Shown: positions 49,624-61,625, counted from the stretch's first letter. The stretch: DNA of 64,000 nt from Chiloscyllium plagiosum (GCF_004010195.1 NC_057749.1:6903416-6967415), one strand, 5' to 3'. Notes: generated by a model from the sequence alone, not told the origin. A program made the numbers and translations.

Positions 49624-49771
49624 CAGAGGGACCTCGATTATCCGAAGGACACATTTAATCGAATTCCAGATAATCAAATGCCGGATAACATAGTTTAGCC
49701 GAGCATTGGGACCTTGCGATGCTGCCAGATAATCCGATATTCGGATAATATCTGGGTAATCGAGGTTCCTC
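49624..49771. mobile_element. pogo/Tigger-like MITE
   Basis: TA-cagagggacctcgattatcc..gggtaatcgaggttcctc; internal sequence matches 37695-37866. Confidence 0.78.
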
Positions 49772-50254
49772 GAAACAGAAGAATCTACTGCAAAGCTAAA
49801 AGAGGCAAAATTAATTGCATCGACAGAGCTGCAAATACATGGAAACAAAACCATATGCAATCCAGTCTTAGCTGCATATGATCCTGACTTGGAGCTATAT
49901 CATCATGGTGGTTGTAGGGGCGTTGGGAGGAGTTCTGTGCTCAGAGACACACCCAGCACCTAGTCAGGGAACCTGGCCTCAAGAATGACCTGGAGCTGCT
50001 CAAAGTCATCCCTTGTCCAGCAACTCTCTCTCCCTGAACCATGTGACTGGCACCCCACCCTCATTCAGCTGTTGCCTGGATCCTTCTCTCATCCTGACCC
50101 CCTGCTGGATGCATTCTGGGCTGCTGCTGGCATTAGGACTCTAATTGGCCAGCAGCTCTCATTCGGCAGTATGTCCAATCAGCCCTGGGTTCCTCCTTAT
50201 TCTCTTGCTGTACAATATTCCAATCTTTAAAATAGACAACAGCATGAAGAACCC

Positions 50255-50983
50255 AGTAGAGATGGTTTGAAGGCCACAATGTCAGATCCAACGCCAAACT
50301 GATGGTGTACAGAGCTGTGGTGGTTCCTACCCTCCTATACGGCTCTGAGACATGGACTGTCTACAGCAGACACCTCAAGGCCCTGGAGCGGTTCCACCAA
50401 CGATGCCTGTGCAAGATCCTGCCAATCCACTGGGAAAAACAACGCACCACAACAGTGTCCTCGACCAAGCCAACGTCCCCAGCAGCAAGGCACTGACCTC
50501 CCCTTGATTGTCCATGATTGTCTGGGCACGTCATCCCCATGACCTACATGAGACTCCCTGAGCAGGTGCTCTACGTCCAGCTCCAAAACGACAGGCCAGC
50601 CCCAGGTGGGACAGAGAAAGTGCCTCAGAGATACCCTCATGGCCTCAGTGGGGAAGTGCAGCATTCCCACAGACGCCTAGGAACCACTGCCCCCAGAGCA
50701 TCCAAAGTGGGGGAGGAGCACCTGGGAAGGCATTGGCTCTGAGTCTTGACTCGGAAAAATGCAGAAGCCGGGGGAATCAGCATAAGGAGCGATCTGCCTC
50801 ACCAATGTTCCACCCACCCCCTTCCATGACCATCACCTCTCTCCAGTGTAACAGAGCCCGGGGTAGCTGCACCAGTTTGTACAGCCACCTACAGACTCAC
50901 CCTGAGAGTGGTAGAGACTCATCCCTGTCAGTGAGGGACCGCTGATGATGATGATGATGATGATAATGATGATAGTGATGATG
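50255..50983 (+). mobile_element. RTE-clade LINE 3' fragment
   Basis: KLMVYRAVVVPTLLYGSETWTVYSRHLKALERFHQRCL.KIL.I.W; C-terminal C..C....GLYSH..TH-like knuckle remnant; (gat)n tail at 50944-50983. Confidence 0.85.
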
Positions 50984-51379
50984 AGGTTTGTCCATGCTGC
51001 TCTTGATGTACAGGGCACACACATTCTGCCAGTTTTTCTTCAGCAGTGAAGCCAGGAGGTTGATGGCCAAACAAATGTTGTATACCAGCTCCTCCTCAGT
51101 TATTTTAATGTGACTGCCAAGCACAGCACCTCCTTCATGTGGAATTTGATGGTTTGACTTCATCCATTTTGGTCAGCATGTTTTCGCTGTGAGTAAGGCA
51201 GGAAGAGAATTTTACCAGCCTCATCACTCCTGGACCCAGAATACAAGAAATCTACTTAATAAAGGCAAGGAAGGCATCATATTGCTTTGCCAGCTTCTTG
51301 ACCATTTTCTTATGCTTGTTCAGCTTCTTTCAAGCTTCAATATCCATATGAGAGACAACATCAACCGCACTTTAACACA

Positions 51380-51600
51380 GCAGCACATACATGGGAACAC
51401 AAACCTTCCCAAGGTCCCATCCAAGCCACACAATATCCTGATTTGGAACTACACCATCTTTATTTCTCACTGGGTCAAACTCCCTCCCTAACAACACTGT
51501 GTGGGTGTCCCGACAGCAGATGGACTGCAGCCATTCAAGAAGACAGCTCACCACTGCCTTAGGAAGGGGCAGCAGAAGATTAGCACTGCCAACACCGCTC
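51380..51600 (+). mobile_element. CR1/L2-group LINE 3'UTR fragment
   Basis: tggactgcagccattcaagaagacagctcaccac motif. Confidence 0.6.
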
Positions 51601-52594
51601 ATCACTATAAGGCTCCAGTTCACTACTCACTGTAATGGTCTCAGTCTCCTCCTCCTGGAGGATAGATTCTGTGAGATAGCAACTCTCACTGTGGGAACGG
51701 AAGACTGAGGTTGAGTCAGAACAATTAAAAGGAGGCTCCTGATCTTTTCTGTCGCCACGATTAAAATTAATGACTGAAAAATTGGGATTGCATGAAAATC
51801 AGGTATGATGACCTCGGAATCTGATTTCCCAATCCTGCATGTCTGTCAAGCAAGACTCCCAGCTCCCTTGCCAAATCTACCTTTATATTCCTCAATTACA
51901 TCACGCTCCATAAATGCTTCCAGCTGTCTCTTGAATCATTTGTGTTGTTCACTTTAATGGCCTTTCCCTGGTAACATATTGCATTAGTCCTTGGATTAGA
52001 GGGTTCTGTTTGACCTCCCGACTTGCGGAATAATTTTCATCTGAATAACATCAATGCGACTTGATTTCAATCAATAGAATACATCCATTTAAAATCATTT
52101 CCAAAGTGCTCATGTATAAAAAGAAAAGCTTTGAACATAATCATCATATAAAAATAATGCATTTGCATTCATCCACGCACATGGTTGCCATTTTACACTC
52201 TAATGAAGTCTAATGCAATGGGTTTGAACATGTTCTAACATCACTTCGTTCTTTCCTTCAGATTTCTACAAGTGTAGCAGAATAAAAAAAAGCCTGATAT
52301 TCAAACTTGAGAAATGCCTTTCATCCAGATCCTTGCATTCTCCAATTGTTCGGTTTTCTGAGTTTTAAAAATATAGGCCCATTAATCAGAAAACAATTGC
52401 AAGAACACCCACTCCCACTCTTTATTTAAAGTTGGATCTCCTTCTCATGACTCCTTACTACTTTTTTATCAAGCTGCACTTAAATAAACTCCTCATCCTC
52501 CTCCACTCTATCACTTGTTTGCCGTCCCAACATTGTACAGTCTTGTTCTCTAACTCACTGCTTCTCACAATTCCAGAATGGTTGAAGTCCTGCG

Positions 52595-53212
52595 GCAATT
52601 ACAGATATTGCTGGAAACTGACCTAATTGAGGTTTATAAAAACATGAGGGGTATGGATAGGATAAATAGACAAAGTCTCTTCCCTGGGGTGGGGGAGTCC
52701 AGAACTCGAGGGCATAGGTTTCGGGTGAGAGGGGAAAGATATAAAAGAAACCTAAGGGGCAACTTTTTCATGCGGAGGGTGGTACGTGTATGGAATGAGC
52801 TGCCAGAGGAAGTGGTGGAGGCTGGTGCAATTGCAACATTTAAAATATGTTGGGAGGGTATATGAATAGGAAGGGTTTGGAGGGATATGGGCCGGGTGCT
52901 GGCAGGTGGGACTAGATTGGGTTGGGATATCTGGTCGGCATGGACAAGTTAGACCAAAGGGTCTGTTTCCATGCTGCACATCTCTATGACTCTATGAACT
53001 CTCAGCAGGTCTGGCAACATCTGTGGAGAGAAATCAGAGTTAGCATTTTGGGTTGAGTGACCCTTCCTCAGAATGGAAGTAGGTGATCGTTCTGAAGGAG
53101 GGTCACTGGATCCAAAACGTTAACTCTGATTTCTCTGCATAGGTGCGGCCAGACCTGCTGAGATTTTCCAGCAATTTCTGTTTTTGTTTCAGATTTCCAG
53201 CACCCACAGTTA
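52595..53212. mobile_element. Inverted PLE pseudo-LTR pair (family 3), left arm split by a CR1 insertion
   Basis: attgctggaaact|..|ctcagcaggtctggc..gacccttcctcagaa, then gttctgaaggagggtcactggatccaaaacgttaactc..ttttccagcaattt. Confidence 0.75.
52619..52996 (+). mobile_element. HER1/CR1 3' fragment
   Basis: DLIEVYKNMRGMDR..SRTRGHRFRVRGER..WNELPEEVVEAG; ctctatgactctatg tail. Confidence 0.93.
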
Positions 53213-53620
53213 TAGAGTCATACAGCTCGGAAACAGACTCCTCAGTCAAACCAGTCCATGCTGACAATAATCCCAAACTAAACTAGTCCCACCTTCCTGC
53301 ATTTGGCCCGTATCTTATTCATTCCTTATTTATATGCTTATCTCAATGTCTTTTAAATGTTGCAACTGTATCCAGTTCTCTGGAAGTTTGTTCCACACAC
53401 AAATCATTCTCTGTGTAAAAGAAAAACTGCCCCCAATGTCTTATTAAAATTTTTCTCCTCTGACCCTAAAGAAATGCCTTCTAGTCTTAAATACCCCCAC
53501 CCTAGGGAATAGACACCTGCTATTCACATGATCTATACCCCCCATGGTTTTACAAACTTTTGTAAAATCACTCACAGTTTCCTCGGTTCTAGTGTGAAAT
53601 GTCCCAGCCTATCCAGCCTG
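53213..53620 (-). mobile_element. HER1/CR1 3' fragment
   Basis: atagagtcatacagc..cccaaactaaactagtccc..cccagcctatccagcc. Confidence 0.8.
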
Positions 53621-53788
53621 TTGGGTTCATGTGTCATAGTGTGTTGTATTCTCATCTCTCAAGAGTCACAGTCTGGAGACTTCAGCACAAATTTCAGGTT
53701 GAGACACCCAGTGCAGGAATGCAGGGGCATCTCTGAAGGAGCACTGTATTTTCAGAGGTACACTACTGAGGAGGACTGTACTGTTGGA

Positions 53789-54449
53789 CATGATTTGGAG
53801 GATCCGGTGTTGGACTGGGGAAGACAAAGTTAAAAATCACACAACATCAGGATATAGTCCAACAGGTTTATTTGGAAGCATTAACTTTCAGAGCGCTGCA
53901 CCATCATCAAGTGGTTGTAGAGTATAAGATCGTAAGACACAGAGTTTATAGCTCATGTTTACAGTGTGATGTAACTAAAATGATATATTGAAAAAGACCT
54001 GGATTGTTGAAGTCTCTCATCTTTTAGAATGACCATGTTGGTTTTAGTTCTTTCGAATGTAAATCCCAGAATTTATTTAAAGTTACATTCCAAGTGACCT
54101 TCAACAATAGGTGCCATGTCTGCTCAGATAATGCATTGAAGGTGTGAGGTTAAAGTCTATCTGTTTGTCCCCCAGTCTTCAGACTGAGGCTCCCAAGCAC
54201 TGAGGATGTCACCTAGACAGGGGACGAAACGTCTGCAACACAAATTCCCAGCTCGGTGAACAGAACCACAACAAACACTGATTCTATTTCTAAAAAAGGG
54301 ATTTACAGAATCTGTAAACGTTTGCTATAAATTCTGTGTTTTACGATCCTATACTCCACAACCACCCGATGAAGGAGCAGCACTCCGAAAGCTAGTGCTT
54401 CCAAATAAACCTGTTGGACTATAACCTGGCTTTGTGCGATTTTTAACTT
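53789..54449. mobile_element. PLE family-2 insertion with ~140-bp inverted termini and a nested family-4 pseudo-LTR
   Basis: 53826-53964 is the reverse complement of ~54312-54452; TSD tgtactgttgga at 53777-53788 and 54450-54461. Confidence 0.82.
54197..54236 (+). ncRNA. Minimal type-I hammerhead ribozyme motif, core intact, GUC cleavage triplet
   Basis: gca-CTGAGGA-t-gtcacct(agac)aggggac-GAAA-c-GTC-tgc; predicted cleavage after C54233. Confidence 0.72.
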
Positions 54450-54896
54450 TGTACTGTTGGAGGTACAATACTGAGGAGCACTGCATAGCTGGGGAATTAC
54501 TAAGGAGCACTGCACCATTGGAGATAAGTTCTTCCAGTTTTTTGTCGAGTTGAAATCCTCTACTCACTCTTCTCCTTCCTCCCTTGCACCGACCTCAAAC
54601 TTTTAAGACTAATTACTGTCACCTAACCACCATGAGAAACAACAAACTACATTTACATAGAATATGCCTTCAATACAGAATAACACCCCAAAGTGCTGCC
54701 TAGTAATGTTATCAGTTTGATTCTTGGCCTTATAAAGAGATTTTTATATAATTACTGGCTATATTCTAGTAAATCTAGGGGGATCAGATGTGAAAGTGGA
54801 GTCCATGGCAATGATCAATCATGACATTATGAATGGCATTTAGGATTCAGTGGCCATGTAGTTTGTTTCTATTTCTCATGTTTCATTAAGATGTTA

Positions 54897-55263
54897 GGGG
54901 AGGCAATGGCTTAGCAGTATTATTGCTGTTCTGTTAATCTAGACACCCAGGTAATGTTCCTAGGACCTGGGTTTGAATCCTGTCATGGCAGATGGTGGGA
55001 TTTGAATTAATTTTAAAAAATAAATCTGGAATTAAGAGTCTAATGATGATCATGAATCCACTGCCAATTGTTGGAGAAATCCATCTGGTTCATTAACGTC
55101 CTCTAGGGAAGGAATCTGCCATCCTTAGCTGGTCTGGCCTACATGTGACTCCAGACGCACAGCAATGTGGTTGACTCTTACCGGCCCTCTGTGCAATTAG
55201 GGATAGGCCATAAATGTTGGCCTAGTCAGCGATGCCTTCATCCCATGAATAAATAATAAAAAA
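54897..55263 (+). mobile_element. Full-length tRNA-derived SINE family B
   Basis: ggggaggcaatggcttagcagt head, B-box ggtttgaatcc, body ggtctggcctacatgtgactccagac, tail caattagggataggccataaatg..aataaaaa. Confidence 0.82.
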
Positions 55264-57783
55264 GAAAGCCCGAATGCTTTATCAAATAATATAATTTGTA
55301 AGGACTTTCTTAAAGCAAGAGAAAGAAGTAGTGAGGCAGCGAGGTTTAAGGAGGAACCCCCCCAGATGAGGCCCATGCTTCTATTGGGTCTTACATCTCC
55401 CACCTGGAAAAATACAAAAATGTCAAATGCCAAAAGATAATCGGTCAAGCTTATCACATGGCTCACTTCTGCTCGCTTGACACATTTAACCTCACACCTT
55501 CAATGCATTGAAGAATATCTTCAATGTTTGTGTCTTTTCTGAAAGACTTGGGAGCTTGAGGGATTTTCATTTCCCATTGCCATCTGGTCAATCAGATTTG
55601 AGCTAACCAATCTATACCCTTCAACACTTGCCCAATAAATTGAAGCGATTATTTGAAGATTGGCATTTTGTACTTGACCTGATTGTGCAAAGTGAACAGC
55701 TTCAAGAACATGTCCCTCTTTTCAGCAACATTGAACGATTGTACTACCCAATAACTACTCCCAACTACCTGGTGTTTTCTTGTTTGACTGTCCTCCCGCT
55801 CCATGATTCTCTATCTAGATAGCTCATTATTTAAAGAAAATGGTCTGGAGGAAAAGTGGGACATTTGTTTAGTTGGGAAATAAGGGTGGAAGATTATGGA
55901 TTCAAGTCACAAGGGAAGTATCAATTAATTCGAACCTTGCTTTTTCTTTGTTCTCATTCCACCACACGACATATTCCTGCTTTCTGACAAAAGATCCCAC
56001 AGATAGCTAAATACCTGAAGGTTCCTCTTCAATGTTGGGTGACACATGCACATTCACAGAACTGGAAACCACCAACAAATTTGGTAGTTGTAGGAGGGAC
56101 CCCAAGGGAAATGGTGAAGCAATAATCAGAAGACACCAAAGATTTGCATTTCTCAGCCTGAAGCTTTAGCAAGGAGATTGAGAGTTAAGCTGAGAAGGGA
56201 CACAATTACAAAATTCTGTGAAAAACCAGTCAGAGTAGGGTTCTGCACGATGACTAGAGATTGCTGCGTGAGCAGAATGCACAAGGATTTGGTTTCGTGA
56301 GCAGATCTGAACCAGCATGCAGTTGCTTGATGGAGTTGGCACTCTGTAGTTTGGCAGAGGCAGTCAAGGTACCAGACGCAGCTGGTACTCGCTTGACAGC
56401 AGGTCGAACTGACTGCAATTGGATGAGATTGGCAGACAAGGCGTTTGGCTGAATGGGCAGCATCAGCAGCTGCAGTTGGCACCTATTACCAGAAGCACCA
56501 CAATCATCAGATGCCATTGGCACTCCTGCATTTGACAGTGATATCACCAGACACAAGGTGCCTGATAGCAACAGAAGTTACACAAGATGCAGTTGGCATA
56601 AATGGCACACATACTGTGCACCAAGTGGTGCAAGTACAAATGCCACAGTGATCATGTGAGAAACTGGTCTTTCACATGGCCTGCAACATATCAACATTTG
56701 TTGTTTAAACAGAGAAATAAAGAAAGTCCATAATTCACATTTTGCACATACCTCCTGTATTTTGTAACATTCCACAGAACTTAAACAGAAGCAATATTTG
56801 AAAAACAAAACATTCCCATTGTTAGATAAAATACTAATTGATTAGCAGTGAATGTTGCAACAGTTGCTAGTAAAACAATACTTGCATTTCTATGGCACCT
56901 ATTAATAACAACTTTTAAGTAGAAAGGCAAACTTTGAGATAACAGTTGAAAGAATGACATGTCAAGGTTTCATATTTTAAAACAAATGATTTAAAATGCT
57001 CTTTATGTGGACAACTTATACTTTAAAGTCCCCATTGAACTTTTAGCATAAATCATGGTGATACATTACCTCGCCCCTTAAGTGGGAAATACATCATTTG
57101 AAAGTGAATCAAAAATCATTCCCAGCTCTCAATGGCTTGCTTCCTTTATTTTAACTAGCCGAGTGAGTAGTTTGTGAATTCAGAACAGATTCACTATGTG
57201 AAAGTTACATTGGTGATTTTTTTCCCACTTGTCCGACTTTCCTTGGTTTCTTGAATCCTTATGAACTTGGTCTCTTTAATCTGAGCACAGTGAAAGACTG
57301 GCTGACTCTTCCTCCTCCTGTTTTCTCTCTTTCAGGTGACTACACAGCCCAAACCAACTGCTATTTGTGTGTCACAAAATCATTGCTTTAGATGGAAGTG
57401 TCATTAGAGATAGAGAGATAATGAGCATTGAACTTAATCTGAAGCCATCACTTCTCAGGCAATGAGCATCGTTGAATAAAGTCTACTTGGTAACCTCAGC
57501 CAGTATTAGAACGGAAACCATGCCACAGGCATCACCAGTTGTCCAGCTAACTGAGCTAACTGATCCTCTATACATATGTAAATATATACAGAGGGAGAGA
57601 GAGAGAAAGTATTATTTTAATTGTGCAAATATTATTCATGGCCAAAATATCTTCTGGAAAATCCTGCCAGAAGTGTACTGTAGTACAACATCATTATGGA
57701 ATAGCTACAGGATTAGCTCAGAATGACGATCTTCCTCATTCCCATTTAACTTTCTCAAATGTCAACACTGCCACATTGGCATT

Positions 57784-58100
57784 ACACAGCATGGTGGCTC
57801 ACTGGTCAGTACTGCTGCCTCACAGTGCTAAGGACCTGGGTTCAGTTCCACTGTTGGGTGACTGGGTGGGAGCTTGCACGTTTTCCCCTGAGTCAATACA
57901 GGTTTCCTCCCACAGTCCAAAGATGTGCAGGTTAGCTGGATTGGCCATGCTAAATTGCTCCTAGTGCTCAGGGATGCGCAGGTTCGGTGAGTTAGCCATG
58001 AGAAATGTGGGGTCACTGGATGTGGGTGGGATGCTCTTCGGAGGGTCAGGGTAGCCTCATTGGGCTAAATGACCTGCTTCCATGTTGTTAGGATTCTATG
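57784..58100 (+). mobile_element. HE1-type SINE (diverged)
   Basis: gtggctcactggtcagtactgctgcctcacag head; ctcccacagtccaaagatgtgcagg. Confidence 0.82.
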
Positions 58101-58349
58101 ATACACCTTTTAGCTGGCAGAACCTCTGCTGAATGCTTCAATCCCAATGTGATGCGATCACCATATCAGATTAGAACATCCTTTGGTGCTCTCTGTCCAA
58201 ACACCAGTGTGGTTTTCTGGTCAGTTGGTACTGCCTCGGTTATGGGCTCACTTGCGTTCCAATTCCTGAAGCACCCAGGTAGACAAATCCAACCTTTGAT
58301 AAAGAAGGACCTCAAATGTCATCATATTTTGACAGATTTAACAAGTCCA

Positions 58350-58690
58350 ATTTCAAATAACCTCCCTTCCCATCTCCTGACTCCATTCCCAGCCCCTTCT
58401 CCTCCCTTCCACTCCTCCCTGCCACCAACTGGATTAATTCCTCCCATTGACCAACCAGGTCATACCCTCTACCTGTCTTCACCCATCCCTACTTCACCAC
58501 ACTGCCACCGCCACCCCCTTTATCTGCAGCTCCCTCCACACCCCCCCCCCCCCCCCCCCCCACTCCTGAAGAAGGGTCACACCCAAAACATTGACTTCTC
58601 CACCTCCTGGTGCTGCCTGGCTTGCCTGACTGTTCTTCCAGCCTCCTGCTTGTCTACCTTGGATTCCAGCATCTGCAGTTTTTTTTTTGT
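58350..58690 (+). mobile_element. PLE 3'UTR/pseudo-LTR fragment with C-rich tract and degenerate hammerhead motif
   Basis: Poly-C at ~58540-58561, then cctgaagaagggtcacacccaaaacattgac and tail ttccagcatctgcag. Confidence 0.65.
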
Positions 58691-59184
58691 CTCTATCTAA
58701 GGCATCAGACAGGACAATGAGAGGACAGAGGTCTCATGAAAATCTACGCTTGTTCTCCTGTTTATTTTTAACAGCTATTTTATTCCCTGTTTTTGACAGC
58801 TCTTTAATCCTGGATTGGATGATTAAGGAGCTCATCCATTGAAGATGGAGCCACATGTCCACTCCAACTCTTTAAATGTTCTGGCTGTATCCCAAACTGC
58901 CTCATTTGGATACTGTCCGCTGAAAGCAGCCATTAATTGGTGCAGCTGAAATATAATTTTAAGAGAGAGTTGTCTCATGTATGCGGAGGCTGAGAGAGTT
59001 GAACTCTGCTACATGAACTTGAATCTAACTCAAGTGTCTTCCCACCACTTGGCGTACTTTCGTCTCTGCACTGCACACAGCAGTTGCTACTCCGTAGATG
59101 GTGCCACACTTTCGGAATGACCTCATGGTGGACAATTTAAATTCACTGCTGGGAACAAAACCTTTAATGCTTTGACATACAAAG

Positions 59185-60010
59185 AAAGAAAGGATTACAT
59201 TTATATGTCACCTTTCACATCCTCTGGCGCATTTTACAGCTAATTTGTAAAAGTGAATTATGATTGTTTATATCATAGCAGCCTATCTGGAGACAGCAAA
59301 CTTCTTTTTACTTATTCATTCACAGGATATGAGAGCATCACTGGCCAGGCCAGAATTTTATTGCCCATCCCTAATTGCCCAGAGGGCAATTAATAGTCAA
59401 CCAGATTGCTGTGAGTCTGGAGTTACATGTCGGCCAGACCAGGCAGTTTCCTTCCCTAAAGGACATTAGTAAACCAGATGGGTTTTTCCCAACAAAGGAA
59501 TGACAATGGCCTAGTGGTATTATTGATAAATTATCAATTCAGAAATCTGGGGACCTGTGTCTAATGATGACCATGAAGCCATTGTTGATTGCCAGGGAAA
59601 ACCCATCTGGTTGATTCCCTGAAGGGTATTTCTGAGCATGATGGGTATTTCAAACAGCTGACAGTGAATTCATGATCATCATTTACTCTCTTACTTCCAG
59701 GTTTTTATTCAATTCAGTTCCCACTGTCTGCCATGAGGGAATTCAAACTCAGAACACTACCTGGTTCTCTGGATTAACAGTCCAGGGATAATGCCACTAG
59801 GCCATCACTTGCCCTGCAAACAGCAACATGGCATTGACCAAGGTAATTTGTTTTTAATGGTATTTATTGCAGGATAAACATTGGCCTTGTGACCTCATGT
59901 TTCCTTCTACAAAACAGTGCCATGCTCCTTTGATGCCAACCTGAGAGAGCAGAATATCTTAAATGTCTTATTTGCAAGACAACATCTCTGACAGTGCTCT
60001 GACAGTTGGA
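59185..60010. mobile_element. Cluster: minus-strand Deu-SINE remnant interrupted by three SINE-B fragments (~59305-59815)
   Basis: ttacatttatatgtcacctttcac (Deu tail, reverse); tttattgcccatccctaattgccc; tggcctagtggtattatt; aacagtgccatg..cctgagagagcaga. Confidence 0.6.
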
Positions 60011-60149
60011 TGAGAAGAACTGTTACCAAAAAGGAGTACACATTTCATGACCTCTTCACCTTTTCTGATCAGTTCTCTTTTGTCTACTCTCAAAGTAAGT
60101 TATACCACCATCCAGATCATTTCTGATCATTTACCCAACCTCAATGCAG

Positions 60150-61035
60150 TACTCTCAACTTTAGCATCACTTTCCTGCATGATCCCTTCATGTCATTAGT
60201 ATCTAAACATCCATCAATTTCTGTCTAAAACATGCTCAATGATTTACCTTCCACAGCCCTCTGGGGCAGAGAATTCCAAAGATATGCCACTCTCTGAGGG
60301 AAGGTATGATAAATAGACAAAGTCTTTCCCTGGGCTGGGGGGATCCAGAACTAGGAGGCATAGGTTTAGGGTGAGAGGGGAAAGATATAAAAGAGACCTA
60401 AAGGGCAACTTTTTCACACAGAGGGTGATACATGCATGGAATGAACTGCCAGAGGAAGTGGTGGAGGCTGGTACAATTGCAATGTTTAAAAGGCATCTAG
60501 GTACATGAACAGGAAGGGCTTGGAGGGATATGGGCCGGGCGTTGGCAGGTGGGACTAGATTGGGTTGGGATATCTGGTCGGCATGGACAAATTGGACTGA
60601 AGGGTCTGTTTCCATGTTGTACATCTCTTTGACTCTGTGACTCTATCTCAGTCTTAAATAGTTAACTCTTTATTCTGACACAATGCATCCTGGTTCCAGA
60701 CTCATCAGCCAGTAGGAACATCCATCTACATGTATCTTGTCACACTCTTGAATAATTTTTTAAAAGTTTTAATGGCATTGCTGCTTATTCTTTTAAGTTC
60801 TAGAGAAGACAAGCCCAGTTTCCTCAATCTCTCCTCATAAGACAGTGCAGACATCCCAGCCTGATGAACCTTCCTTGCAATTATAACCTTCCTTAGATAA
60901 GGAGACCAATGCTGAACACAATACTCCAAGTGAGGTCGCCTTGAGATTCCATACACCTGCACCAAGACCTCTTTACTCCCATACATAAATCCTCTTGTGA
61001 TCAAAGCCTTCCTAATCGCTTGCTGCACTTGCAAG
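60150..61035 (-). mobile_element. CR1 fragment interrupted by a plus-strand HER1 3' end (60310-60645)
   Basis: RPHLEYCVQHWSPYLRK..LSYEERLRKLGL.SLE (ORF 60726..61049-); the insert matches 52660-52996. Confidence 0.85.
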
Positions 61036-61237
61036 ATCCCTTTGGACACAAGTCACTTTGGACACTGCATGTCACAGTCTGTCATTGAGAACTGGAGCAT
61101 TACAATTACAGTTTCAGTTACAATTACAGCCACGATTCCTGCTCCTGACTGCAGTCCGATCTGCTGTCTTCCCACTGATAAATGACACGTCCAGGAAATT
61201 CTACCAAAATGTGCTTTATGCATTAAAATCCAAAAAC

Positions 61238-61625
61238 AGAGTCGTAGAGTCATACAGAACAGAAACAGATCCTTCAGTCCAACCAGTTCACATCAACCAT
61301 GTTCCTAAACTAAACTAGTGTCACCTGCCAGCATTTGGTCGCTATACCTCTAAACCTTTCCTATTCATGTACTTCTCCAAATGTCTTTTAAATGTTGTAA
61401 ACTACCACTTTCTCTGGCATTTCATTCCACACACGAACCATCTTTTGTGTGAAAAAGTTGCCCCTCAGGTCCCTTTCAAATCTTTCTCCTCTCGCCTTAA
61501 ACCGACGCCCTCCAGTTTTGAACTCACTCACCCTTAAGGAAAAGAGCTTTGCAATTCACTTTATCCATGCCCCTCATGATTTAATAAACCTCTGTAAGGT
61601 CACCTCTCCTACGGTCCAGTGAAAA
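61238..61625 (-). mobile_element. HER1/CR1 3' fragment
   Basis: agagtcgtagagtcatacag..tgtgaaaaagttgcccctcagg..ccatgcccctcatgattt. Confidence 0.85.

Noticed and set aside
586..58100. tRNA-like A/B-box sequences as tRNA genes
   Set aside because: All continue into SINE bodies and LINE-derived tails; I found no standalone cloverleaf
58098..58700. 200-aa proline-rich ORF
   Set aside because: Prolines come from the C-rich PLE 3'UTR and a poly-C tract
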